Source: a virus. From it: a stretch of 64,000 bases of DNA. This document shows positions 1-8,606 of this stretch, piece after piece. Both the position numbers and the translations under genes were made by a program. Each line of letters starts with the position of its first letter. Within the stretch, counting starts at the first letter, position 1. A model generated the notes under the pieces. That model saw only the letters and a program-made list of their open reading frames with translations, did not search any database and was not told the origin of the DNA. The stretch is taken from the IMG/VR virus record IMGVR_UViG_3300027770_000039, positions 1-64,000 of that record, one strand, 5' to 3'.

Positions 1-739
1 AATAGTAATTTGATCCTTCATTCACTCCAAATGTTATTGTTGCATTAGAGCCTACATAAACATTGTTATAAACAGTGCCACCCATTTGCATTCCAAATGG
101 AAGATTCATTCTAACCCCAGCATCATCTACTCCAGCCAAAACATTTGTGCTAGTTCCAATAGTGGCTTGTAAATTGTTGACTGCTGTTTGGGCAGCATCA
201 ATAGCAAGGTTTGCTTGAGTTAATTCGGTTTGTGCGGTGGCTTGTGCTGTTGTTGCTGTTGTTTTTGCTGCAATGGCTTCGGATATTTGTACCTGTGCAG
301 TTGATGTGTCAATATTATTTATAGAGGTTTGGGCTGTTATAATTGTATTTTTTGCATCCTGAATTACTTGCGAACTTTGATCTATTGGTGTGATGGCTAA
401 GTTTATGCCATTAATTGTAGCGGTGGCTGTGTCTACTAAGGCTACATTTGATTGTGCTAATGTTACTGTGGCTGTTACTGTATCTACCGCTGCTTGGGCT
501 TCTACTCTTTCAGCAACTGCTAATGTTATGGTAGCTGTGGCAGTATCCGTAGCTGCAACAGATTGTTGAACTTCTGTAGTTGCTATAGCAAGGGCGGAGT
601 CTACTGCTTGTTGTGCGGGACTTACAACAACTTGTTCTTGTCCGCCATTATCTGTAGCCCAAGCATAACTTGGTCCAATAAAAAATAGCCAACCTGTAAC
701 AAAAAGGCTAGCTAAAAAGTATTTTAACTTTCTACTCAA
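1..739 (-). CDS. Secreted/surface Ala-Thr-Gln-rich protein, runs off the window end (not in ORF track)
   Basis: TTG start at 739 with GGAG upstream; reads MSRKLKYFLASLFVTGWLFFIGPSYAWA-TDNGG (Sec-type signal peptide with AxA site), then an Ala/Thr-rich helical region and ...VYNNVYVGSNATITFG; open to position 1. Confidence 0.8.
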   Translation of the reverse strand, partial: MSRKLKYFLASLFVTGWLFFIGPSYAWATDNGGQEQVVVSPAQQAVDSALAIATTEVQQSVAATDTATATITLAVAERVEAQAAVDTVTATVTLAQSNVALVDTATATINGINLAITPIDQSSQVIQDAKNTIITAQTSINNIDTSTAQVQISEAIAAKTTATTAQATAQTELTQANLAIDAAQTAVNNLQATIGTSTNVLAGVDDAGVRMNLPFGMQMGGTVYNNVYVGSNATITFGVNEGSNYY

Positions 740-750
740 TTGGATCTCCA

Positions 751-786
751 ATATAACAAAATTTTTGTTATATAGAAATTATATCA
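751..786 (-). promoter_or_regulatory. Extended -10 promoter with a 23-bp palindrome at the predicted start site
   Basis: TGATATAAT at 786-778; perfect inverted repeat ATATAACAAAA-T-TTTTGTTATAT at 751-773. Confidence 0.6.
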
Positions 787-811
787 TGTATGTTTGTTTA
801 AATACTCTTAG

Positions 812-997
812 TTACTTAGGATTATCGGTTTTATAAAAGCCATTTCCCTTAAACTGTACACCTACTTGACTAAAGTATCTTTGCATTCTTAGTCCACAAG
901 CACTACATAAGTAAGATGGCTCAACATCTTTTATAGATCTTTCTTTAGAAACAATTTTTTCTGGGTTACACTCGCACTTATACTCATATACTGGCAT
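812..997 (-). CDS. FmdB-family zinc-ribbon protein
   Basis: MPVYEYKCEC...CSACG...FKGNGFYKTD matches the family signature. Confidence 0.85.
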   Translation of the reverse strand: MPVYEYKCECNPEKIVSKERSIKDVEPSYLCSACGLRMQRYFSQVGVQFKGNGFYKTDNPK

Positions 998-1404
998 TAC
1001 TTACCGCTCTTTTTTCTCTTATCTGCAAGGATTGAAAAGTCTTTAACCTTTGTATCCCCCATGTATCCCCATGCATAACCATCTTCTATCATTTGCTCAT
1101 TAAGTGATTTAGAATCTCCATTAACATAAACCCAACCCAATATGCGACCATACTTTTCTGAGCTGTCTGGCTTTTCAGTTCTAACCACTATGTCTTTAGC
1201 ATCTTTGAATTTAGATTTAAGATACTCTTTTGATTCAATTCCTAAACTTTTTTCTAGTTTGTCTGTTGTCCTAGACTCTGGAGTATCTATTCCAGCCAAT
1301 CTAAGTCTTTGAGAATATGAAATGCTGAATCCCAAATCTATATCAACATCGATAGTGTCTCCATCAACTATCTTTGTTACCTGCTTAACTCTGTATTCAA
1401 ACAT
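997..1404 (-). CDS. Thermonuclease (SNase-like)
   Basis: IVDGDTID, RLAGIDTPE and EKYGRILG motifs; true start probably MFEYRVK at 1404 rather than 1494. Confidence 0.9.
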   Translation of the reverse strand: MFEYRVKQVTKIVDGDTIDVDIDLGFSISYSQRLRLAGIDTPESRTTDKLEKSLGIESKEYLKSKFKDAKDIVVRTEKPDSSEKYGRILGWVYVNGDSKSLNEQMIEDGYAWGYMGDTKVKDFSILADKRKKSGK

Positions 1405-1423
1405 TTTATACCTTTCATTTATA

Positions 1424-1527
1424 ATGAGCAGTTTTTTTAAGAAGTCATGCTCAGGACTATACCAGTTATTTAACGTCGCTGTCTCCCCCGACAAATCTGC
1501 GACTTCCCGATGAAGGGGTGCAGATAT
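1424..1527 (-). ncRNA. Candidate structured RNA or leader (hairpin plus one or two H-type pseudoknots)
   Basis: GC-rich intergenic stretch just downstream of TATAAT (1535-1530); pairings ATCTGC/GCAGAT, GTCG/CGAC, and AGTC/GACT with loop GAGCA pairing downstream TGCTC. Confidence 0.45.
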
Positions 1528-1538
1528 CTATTATACTA

Positions 1539-1955
1539 TTACTTTATTTTAATTGTTTTTGGCTTTTTCTCTTCAGGCACAGTACGATCTACATTAATAT
1601 TTAACATACCGTCCTTTAGATCTGCCCCAGTCACTTCCATGTACTCACCAAGAGCAAATGAGCGTGTGAACTTACGGCTTGCAATACCCTTGTGTACCAC
1701 TTCTGCGTCAGCGACTTCTGTAATCTCACCCTTAATGATAAGAGTTCCATTATCTACTGACACATCGATGTCTTCTTTGCCAAAACCTGCTACAGCAATA
1801 GAAATACGATATGTATCTTCATCTAGCTTAAGAAGATCATATGGAGGATATGACTGTGAGTTGACCTTATGTGCATTGTTTAGACGGCTTAACTCTCTGT
1901 TAAAGCCAATAAAAAAAGGATCATTGAAAAGATCCATAGCGAATTGTGTTACCAT
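1539..1955 (-). CDS. Small heat-shock protein (Hsp20/IbpA family)
   Basis: YPPYDL, IAVAGFGKEDI, HKGIASRKFTRSF and ADLKDGMLNI alpha-crystallin motifs. Confidence 0.95.
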   Translation of the reverse strand: MVTQFAMDLFNDPFFIGFNRELSRLNNAHKVNSQSYPPYDLLKLDEDTYRISIAVAGFGKEDIDVSVDNGTLIIKGEITEVADAEVVHKGIASRKFTRSFALGEYMEVTGADLKDGMLNINVDRTVPEEKKPKTIKIK

Positions 1956-2022
1956 TTTATTCCCCTTTCAAGCGAATAATTTAAATTAGGCCCCATTTGG
2001 CGACCTATATATTATTATAGCA
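1956..2022 (-). promoter_or_regulatory. Hsp20 promoter and ROSE-like 5' UTR
   Basis: TGCTATAAT at 2022-2014; 5' hairpin at 2007-1987; SD-sequestering hairpin TTATTCGCTT-GAA-AGGGGAATAA at 1979-1957. Confidence 0.55.
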
Positions 2023-2042
2023 AATCTTAGACTTTTTTACAA

Positions 2043-2861
2043 TTAGTCAGACATTTCTTCCATAAGCTTCAAAAGGCTGGATATATTTTTTTGGCTGGTT
2101 ACTATCATAAAGTCATCTATCCCATATTTTTTAGATATATCTCTAATTTCCTGCTTAACCTCTTCCATGTTTCCACGTACTAAATGCTCTTTCTTTTCTA
2201 AAACATAAGGCTTTTCAGATTTATTAGGGGTCCACTCCTGATAATGATATTGTATATCTTTATCAAGTTCTTCTTTTGTTTCCCTAATTAAAGGGTCAAT
2301 AATTAATACAATCTTAGTATTTTTTAATTCATTAACTGATTCCTCTAGCCTACTTTCATGTACAATAGCATAGTCTGTCCATTTATTAGCCAAGTCAATT
2401 GTCATTGGAGAATTTGCAATTGTATAAGAAATTGGCGCTTGGTCCCCCATCTTGTTAAAAAATTTATCTGCCCATTTATCCGCAAGTTCTATTCTTTTTT
2501 CGACAGTACTTATTAAAGACTCGTCAAAATTATACATATCCATTGCTTCTTTTTGTTCATCTTCAAGCATTTTTCCAGCAACTAGATTAAATGTTACCCT
2601 ATTTTTATAGTGAACATTCATTGTATTAAAAAATCTAATTGCATATTCTGGACTCATTGTGTAAGCCCTAAACGCCATCATAAACTTAAGGTGTTTTGAT
2701 ACTCTTATCATGCTTTGCAAAAAGGGAACATAGTCTGTTGAAATTATAGAATATGTTAATAAAACAGAATAAGCTTTTGCTCTTTCTAAATCTCTTGCCA
2801 TTTGAACTAATTCAGTTTCTGAATCTCCGTAGTCAAACCTGTGCATCCAATGAAATTTCAT
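2043..2861 (-). CDS. Luciferase-like (LLM class) flavin-dependent monooxygenase
   Basis: MKFHW start, LKFMMAFRAYTMSP and NRVTFNLVAG motifs, C-terminal 'LVRGNMEEVKQEI...YGIDDFMI' resemble the SsuD/LLM TIM barrel. Confidence 0.7.
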   Translation of the reverse strand: MKFHWMHRFDYGDSETELVQMARDLERAKAYSVLLTYSIISTDYVPFLQSMIRVSKHLKFMMAFRAYTMSPEYAIRFFNTMNVHYKNRVTFNLVAGKMLEDEQKEAMDMYNFDESLISTVEKRIELADKWADKFFNKMGDQAPISYTIANSPMTIDLANKWTDYAIVHESRLEESVNELKNTKIVLIIDPLIRETKEELDKDIQYHYQEWTPNKSEKPYVLEKKEHLVRGNMEEVKQEIRDISKKYGIDDFMIVTSQKNISSLLKLMEEMSD

Positions 2862-3499
2862 TTTTTATTAAATTCTAAAAATTGAGTCCATTGAGAAATA
2901 GTGTACCTCGTTCCAGAAGTAATCTCTGATACACCATGAACATAATGGGTATTCCCTGGAAAAAGAATTAACATATTTTTTTTAGGCTTAATACTGTAAT
3001 TAAAATCTGGGAAGTACAATTCCCCCCCTTCATAATCATCATTTAAATATGCAAGTACAGACAGGTGACCACTCCATAAATATGGATATTTTTCAATTTG
3101 AGACTCATATGTATCGTTTTCATAGTCTGGATCATCTATGTCTAGGATGTCTGTGTGCGGCTCTATATAAGTTCCAGTTGGATGAACTATATAAAGAAAA
3201 GGCTTATCTTGTACAAATTTCATTTTGTATTCTACGGTTACCTTATGAATAAGTTTTTTTCTCATTATGTTAGTAAACAATAACTCTTCTTCTGAGGGTA
3301 CATACTCTTCTAAAGTATGTATCGGATAGGAATGATTTACTCCCTCTTTTACTTTATACTTTGAAATAATTGACATTGCAGTTTTAGATTCTTTATCTGT
3401 TAAATAATTTTCAAATACCTTTATATTATTAATACCTGTGCCTATTTGTTTTGTAATATTATCAATATTAACAGGCTTTGGAGAAAAGCTTTCTTTCAT
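2858..3499 (-). CDS. 2OG-Fe(II) oxygenase, prolyl-4-hydroxylase-like
   Basis: HTD...YLNDDYEGGELYF...HGV...RYT. Confidence 0.9.
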   Translation of the reverse strand: MKESFSPKPVNIDNITKQIGTGINNIKVFENYLTDKESKTAMSIISKYKVKEGVNHSYPIHTLEEYVPSEEELLFTNIMRKKLIHKVTVEYKMKFVQDKPFLYIVHPTGTYIEPHTDILDIDDPDYENDTYESQIEKYPYLWSGHLSVLAYLNDDYEGGELYFPDFNYSIKPKKNMLILFPGNTHYVHGVSEITSGTRYTISQWTQFLEFNKK

Positions 3500-3954
3500 A
3501 TTTTATCTGTCGACAAACTATCCCAATTATCTTTTCTTTTATGAGAATAGGCTCTTGATAATTTTAGCAAATATGAGTTAAGTCCTGGGGCTTGTTTTTC
3601 AAAAAACAAAGCATATTTTTTATCTAATTGAGTTTGCATTCTAAGCTTTATTAAATATTCTTCACTTACTGGGAAAAACCATTTAACAAAATGATCAACA
3701 AACATATCAAATGCAAGCTCTGCTTTAGGGTCTTCAACTGGAACTTTGTTATTAATGCACTCTGCCAGGTATGCGTTTAATTCGTGTGCGTCTTTAATCA
3801 TTGCATCCCAGTCTTTTCTGGTATATTTTGAAATTCTTTCTTTAGCTATTAAAACTAGTCTATCGTCTGGGGAAGTGGCAGCCCATTCTTTCCAAAGCAT
3901 AGAGCATGTAACGTCTTCAGCTTTTTTAATCCATTTTCCCTTATGTATTAGCAT
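3496..3954 (-). CDS. Stand-alone TipAS-like antibiotic-recognition domain protein
   Basis: TRKDWDAM..., VPVEDPKA and DKKYALFFEKQAPGLNSYL resemble the TipAS pattern (SKEDW..., DERF....APGLA.Y). Confidence 0.6.
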   Translation of the reverse strand: MLIHKGKWIKKAEDVTCSMLWKEWAATSPDDRLVLIAKERISKYTRKDWDAMIKDAHELNAYLAECINNKVPVEDPKAELAFDMFVDHFVKWFFPVSEEYLIKLRMQTQLDKKYALFFEKQAPGLNSYLLKLSRAYSHKRKDNWDSLSTDKI

Positions 3955-3969
3955 ATCTATATTATACCA
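3955..3969 (-). promoter_or_regulatory. Extended -10 promoter, probably leaderless
   Basis: TGGTATAAT at 3969-3961, 6 nt before the ATG, no SD. Confidence 0.65.
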
Positions 3970-5391
3970 TTATGAAATTATTTGATGTTTATAATACTTT
4001 TCCCATTCTTCTATGTCTTTTTCATCATTAATTAAAGGCTGTCCCTTAACATTTAAGCTGGTGTTTAACAAAACTGGTACTCCAGTTAAATCAAACCATT
4101 GCTTTAGTACTTCATACAGTCCTGGGTGCTGATTTTTATTAATTGTTTGAACTCTCGAAGTACCGTCAGCATGTACAACAGATGGTATTATGTCTGGCTT
4201 TAAACATTTAACGGCGTACTGCATATAAGGAGAGCTAAAATTAATATCAAACCATTTGCTTGCATGCTCTTCCATTACGACTGGTGCAAATGGTCTAAAT
4301 GATTCTCTTTTTTTTATTAAATTTACTTTGTTTTTTATTTCTGGATCTCTTGGGTCTGCAAGTATGCTTCTGTTTCCCAAAGCCCTTGGGCCAAACTCTG
4401 CTCTTCCAGAGGCAACTGCAACTATTTTATTGTCAGCTAAACCTTTAATTATTTTATTTACTGGGTACTCCCCGCCTAAATCGTACCCTAGGTATGGAGT
4501 CTGCCAATCTAAATGTTTTCCGTAAAGTGCTGCTGCTGCACCCAAAGAACTTCCAGAATCTCCTGGGTTTGGCATTATCCATACGTCATTAAATATTTTC
4601 CATAACTTAGTATTTGCTGAGCAGTTAAGTGCACACCCTCCCATAAAAACCAAATTGTTCTTTTTTGTTAAATCTTTTGCGTACCTCATAAAATCTATAA
4701 GCCTTTGTTCATAAACTACTTGAACTGCTGCTGCAATATCAAACTTATCTTGCTCTGAAACCCATCCCCAGTCAGTAATGCCTTTGTGAAAATTATACTT
4801 TTGCTTGTCATATCTAGGAAAATAATTATCTATCTGTTTATAATATTTTGTCCAATCTCCATAAGCAGCCATCCCCATCATAATATACTCTTCTTGATTT
4901 GGCATAAGTCCAACCAGCTGAGTAAAGGCTGAGTAAAACAATCCAAAACTTACTGGGTAATTTTGCTTAAACTTTAATTTTATTTTTTCACCTTCTCCTA
5001 CCCAAATAGTAGAAGTATTATATTCACCAATTGAATCTAGAACTACAATTGCTGAGTCAGAAAACCTACTTGTATAATATCCAGCACATGCGTGTGAGTA
5101 ATGATGGCTAAATGATTTTCTTCGTATACCCTCTATGTTAAACTTAGGCTTCCACTCCCCTACGCCACCCTTTATAAATAGCCTAGAGGCCTTTAGAAGG
5201 GGTTTCTCGTAGTAGGCTATAGCATCAGGTGCCCCATATGACAAAGCATCATTAACTAAACTATTATTGATATACCAATCATTCTTCTGCTTGCTATATC
5301 TTTCTGCGTGTCCTGCAAAAATAATTTTTCCATTTTCTATTAAAGAAACAGAAGCATCGTGTGAGGTTTCGTTAACCCCAAGAATTATCAT
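3970..5391 (-). CDS. Carbamoyltransferase (NodU/CmcH/TobZ family)
   Basis: ILGVNETSHDAS, HHYSHA, MGMAAYG, GGCALNC, EFGPRALGNRSILADP, FRPFAP, VHADGTSRVQT, LLNTSLN; start likely MIILG at 5391. Confidence 0.95.
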   Translation of the reverse strand: MIILGVNETSHDASVSLIENGKIIFAGHAERYSKQKNDWYINNSLVNDALSYGAPDAIAYYEKPLLKASRLFIKGGVGEWKPKFNIEGIRRKSFSHHYSHACAGYYTSRFSDSAIVVLDSIGEYNTSTIWVGEGEKIKLKFKQNYPVSFGLFYSAFTQLVGLMPNQEEYIMMGMAAYGDWTKYYKQIDNYFPRYDKQKYNFHKGITDWGWVSEQDKFDIAAAVQVVYEQRLIDFMRYAKDLTKKNNLVFMGGCALNCSANTKLWKIFNDVWIMPNPGDSGSSLGAAAALYGKHLDWQTPYLGYDLGGEYPVNKIIKGLADNKIVAVASGRAEFGPRALGNRSILADPRDPEIKNKVNLIKKRESFRPFAPVVMEEHASKWFDINFSSPYMQYAVKCLKPDIIPSVVHADGTSRVQTINKNQHPGLYEVLKQWFDLTGVPVLLNTSLNVKGQPLINDEKDIEEWEKYYKHQIIS

Positions 5392-5701
5392 CTTTAGGAT
5401 CTCTTTCTGGAACAATTCCATAGTGTTTTTTTAAACGCTTTAGGCCTTCTGGAGTTGCGCTAAAAGTAGCTTCTAGATTTTCGTTATAGGAAACAGAAAT
5501 TAAATTTTCTTTGTATAGCCCAATTAATGTTTCATCAATGTAATCTGTATGAGCTTTCCATAATTCTGGAGCAATATCTTTAGCAATTTCATTTACTTTA
5601 TAAATAGCTTCTCCATTTTTTTCTACTCCAACAAAATCTATTGCACCAATTTCTACATAGTGTTTAAACAAAGCAGAGTCATCTTCTTCAAACAGATTCA
5701 T
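5372..5701 (-). CDS. Hypothetical protein
   Basis: 109-aa ORF overlapping both neighbours. Confidence 0.7.
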   Translation of the reverse strand: MNLFEEDDSALFKHYVEIGAIDFVGVEKNGEAIYKVNEIAKDIAPELWKAHTDYIDETLIGLYKENLISVSYNENLEATFSATPEGLKRLKKHYGIVPERDPKDDNSWG

Positions 5702-5927
5702 TGCTTTTTTCTATTTCAACTAAAGATTGTACATATTCCGAAAAATGCTTTCTGATACCTCCAGTGGGTCTTGATCCAATGCTGGTCCAGATACGGGAAT
5801 ATTCTTTTATATTGTAATAAGTTGTTGGACAAACTTTTATACCATTGTAGTCTTTAAGAACAATAGGAAGCGGAACATGCTTTCCACAACATATACATTC
5901 TTTTGCTTTTTCTTGATACATGCTCAT
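5688..5927 (-). CDS. Hypothetical Cys-containing protein
   Basis: CICCG...CPT; ATGA overlap with the terminase gene. Confidence 0.7.
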   Translation of the reverse strand: MSMYQEKAKECICCGKHVPLPIVLKDYNGIKVCPTTYYNIKEYSRIWTSIGSRPTGGIRKHFSEYVQSLVEIEKSNESV

Positions 5928-7723
5928 ATTATCATCATCCTATCCATTGCTTCCTTGAGCTCTTGTGGTATTCGGGGAGCTCTTATCATATTTTGAACGT
6001 ACTCTTCTTCTTTTGCAACTCCAAAATCATTATCATAACTCATTGACTCGTAGTTATGTATTTTTATTTCTTGATTTGTATCAAACCTTGTATGAGATAT
6101 AGCATTAAATATTGAACCACAAACAGCATCTGCTAAATCTTTTGATCCTTTTCTTGGATGGTCTACCTTATCCCTCATAATTCTTAGCTGTAACAATTCA
6201 TCTATAAGTAAAGGAATGTGTGGTCCTTTTAATCTTTCTTCTAAGACCACCATTGCCATGTCGTCATAATGTTTTTTAGCAACAGATAACAATTCTGTGT
6301 TTATTCCATACTGCTTTAATTGTTGCATCATGTCGTGAGAATTCCATCTATCAAAAGTGCATAACCTAATTTTAAATCCTTTAGTTTTTAAAGATAATAT
6401 ATAATCTTTAACTTCAGTAAAGTCCACCGATTTGTCTGGAGTTGGTGTCCAAAACCTTACCACATCTACTTCGACTATGGGAGCTGGTTGTGAGTAGGTA
6501 TCCGTTACCTTTATGTTAACCCATTTTTGAACGTGAGACATTGCAACAGCACAATGATCGTGTTTTTGGGCAAGGTCAACATGAATAAAATATTCTTTAT
6601 CTGGATCTGGTGCGAACCAGTCTTCAAATCTTCCAAACTGATCTACCGCTAATCCTAAATTACTAAATGATTTTTCAATTTTTTCTCTTGATTTAAAAAA
6701 TGCATCTATCGCTTCTGACGGCATACATGCAAATCTTCCGAGTGCGTCTGGTGCATTCTTGTAAAAAGCTATTTTAAAATCTTCTATGCTTCTTGTAGGG
6801 TTAACGTCCCAAGTGGGTCTTCGAAGTGCGTACATTCCTGGATATTTGTAAGAAATAATATTATCTTCTTCCCACTCTATATCAAACTCATTACCCGCAG
6901 TACCCTCTGGAAGATCCATATCTAATTTAAATCTATGCGATCTAACGACAACTTCTTTGTCTGCTACAACATCGTCATATCTTTGCTGTATATAATCATT
7001 TTTGTATCTTGGAAAAGATAGTAAAATTACTTTACCGTAGTCTGGAAATCTAGAGTCTACAGAAGCACGATACATTTCATAAATAAGGCTTCCTGTTTTT
7101 GCCTGCTCATGCCCAGTAGTATTTTCAACACTAAATCCAGATATCTCATCTAGGATAACTACTATTACGTTATAGCCTTCCCAAGCCTCACGCTCAGAGT
7201 GTCCAGAGTGTACGGTTATATTTTTATTGAATTTTATTTCAGAAGCTTTTTCTGAGTATTTTCCAACAAACCATGGGGACTTGTCAATTCTAGTTCTAAA
7301 CCCTTTAAAGAATACGTTGCTTGCTTGCTGGGCGTTAATAGCAATATTAATAATGTCTATAGAGTCACCAGGAGGTTTTCCGTAATAAGAAGCTGGGTCT
7401 TTCAAACAAAGCAATAGATATACAATATACGACACTGCAATTGTTGAACAGTAGTCTTTCCCAGACCCTTTTCCTAGCTGAGCAACTACCTCGTTGGCAG
7501 TTTGCTTGAACATTCTATGTCCTTCTTCTTCTCCAAAAAGTTTTATTAAAGTAGACTCTTTATACACCTGTGAGCTTTTTTCAATTAAAGTGTATTGATA
7601 TTCTGAAAGTTCTGGTAGGCCTAGATATTTTTCATTAGTTACAAAATCTCTTAGCGATACAGGCTTTTCATCAAACTCTTCGCCATCAAGCATGTCGATG
7701 ATATCAGAAAAATCAAATGACAT
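5924..7723 (-). CDS. terL: Terminase large subunit
   Basis: Walker A GKGSGKD, Walker B ILDE, RNase H-like nuclease motifs HVDLA, FDRWNS and DHPRKGSKDLADA. Confidence 0.9.
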   Translation of the reverse strand: MSFDFSDIIDMLDGEEFDEKPVSLRDFVTNEKYLGLPELSEYQYTLIEKSSQVYKESTLIKLFGEEEGHRMFKQTANEVVAQLGKGSGKDYCSTIAVSYIVYLLLCLKDPASYYGKPPGDSIDIINIAINAQQASNVFFKGFRTRIDKSPWFVGKYSEKASEIKFNKNITVHSGHSEREAWEGYNVIVVILDEISGFSVENTTGHEQAKTGSLIYEMYRASVDSRFPDYGKVILLSFPRYKNDYIQQRYDDVVADKEVVVRSHRFKLDMDLPEGTAGNEFDIEWEEDNIISYKYPGMYALRRPTWDVNPTRSIEDFKIAFYKNAPDALGRFACMPSEAIDAFFKSREKIEKSFSNLGLAVDQFGRFEDWFAPDPDKEYFIHVDLAQKHDHCAVAMSHVQKWVNIKVTDTYSQPAPIVEVDVVRFWTPTPDKSVDFTEVKDYILSLKTKGFKIRLCTFDRWNSHDMMQQLKQYGINTELLSVAKKHYDDMAMVVLEERLKGPHIPLLIDELLQLRIMRDKVDHPRKGSKDLADAVCGSIFNAISHTRFDTNQEIKIHNYESMSYDNDFGVAKEEEYVQNMIRAPRIPQELKEAMDRMMII

Positions 7724-8249
7724 TCTTGGACTCTATTATCTCTATAGGTTCAACTACTCCAGTTATTTGCGAAAGTCTTTTCATAATTTCTCTTCTTATA
7801 TCTGGGTAGTCCTTAGCAACATCCCTTAATATTGAAACTAAAACATCTTGCTTTCTTTCTGTTTCTGCAATTTGATCTGCAATCTCTTGATTATCTAGTA
7901 ATCCAATTTGTTGCAACATTGCAATTCTTTTTGTCTCTATGTCGGCAATTAACTTTAACGCAGTAGCCTTTACGTTTAATTGACCTTGCTGATCTGCATC
8001 ATCTACAGTTTTCCAAGCTTCTTTAATAAGCATTGCATAATGTTGGTCTGCGCCAGAGACAGCTTCTTTTGCTCTATCTCTAGAAGTAGAGTCATTTTTA
8101 ACAATAGACTTCCACTCATCTATATACTCAACGACCTCAGCTCTTTTAAAGCCAGTCAATGAAGATATTTGAGTAGGATTACTTCCTTTTAAAAGTTCTT
8201 CAACTACTTTATTCATTCGATCAAAATGATCAGATAATTCAATTTCCAT
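7713..8249 (-). CDS. Probable terminase small subunit
   Basis: N-terminal HTH-like segment and helical body; directly upstream of and overlapping terL. Confidence 0.55.
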   Translation of the reverse strand: MEIELSDHFDRMNKVVEELLKGSNPTQISSLTGFKRAEVVEYIDEWKSIVKNDSTSRDRAKEAVSGADQHYAMLIKEAWKTVDDADQQGQLNVKATALKLIADIETKRIAMLQQIGLLDNQEIADQIAETERKQDVLVSILRDVAKDYPDIRREIMKRLSQITGVVEPIEIIESKNVI

Positions 8250-8257
8250 ATGTCATA

Positions 8258-8286
8258 AGTATACTTTTAGTTGACTGAAATGTCAA
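8258..8286 (-). promoter_or_regulatory. Sigma70-type promoter for the terminase operon
   Basis: TTGACA-17 nt-TATACT; inverted repeat TTGAC-N6-GTCAA over the -35. Confidence 0.7.
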
Positions 8287-8606
8287 TTAGAATTGGCTAT
8301 TTTATATAATATCAAATATCCAATTAAATCATCTATGTCATTATCCCCAGCAAAACCCTTATTGTTTCTCACTCTATTTAATTTGTCATCAATTCTGACC
8401 TTTAATTGCTCTTTGGAATCCGCCGTTGAAAATATTCTTGCAGGCTCTAACGCTGAGTTTCCATAAGATATGTTTTTTTCAATTAACATACTGGCAATTT
8501 CATGACAGGCTTCCCATATTTTATTTCCTGCGGGAGCCCCTACTGATTTAAGGTATAGATCGGTACATGCAAAATCTTTTACATCTTCAAATACTGGCTT
8601 TAGCAT
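8283..8606 (-). CDS. DUF1599-like (nucleotide-modification-associated) protein
   Basis: KNISYGNSA...VRIDDKLNR...DDLIGYLIL pattern. Confidence 0.7.
   Translation of the reverse strand: MLKPVFEDVKDFACTDLYLKSVGAPAGNKIWEACHEIASMLIEKNISYGNSALEPARIFSTADSKEQLKVRIDDKLNRVRNNKGFAGDNDIDDLIGYLILYKIANSN

Noticed and set aside
1405-1538. tRNA gene
   Set aside because: No cloverleaf or T-loop GTTCRA; reported instead as an unassigned structured RNA.
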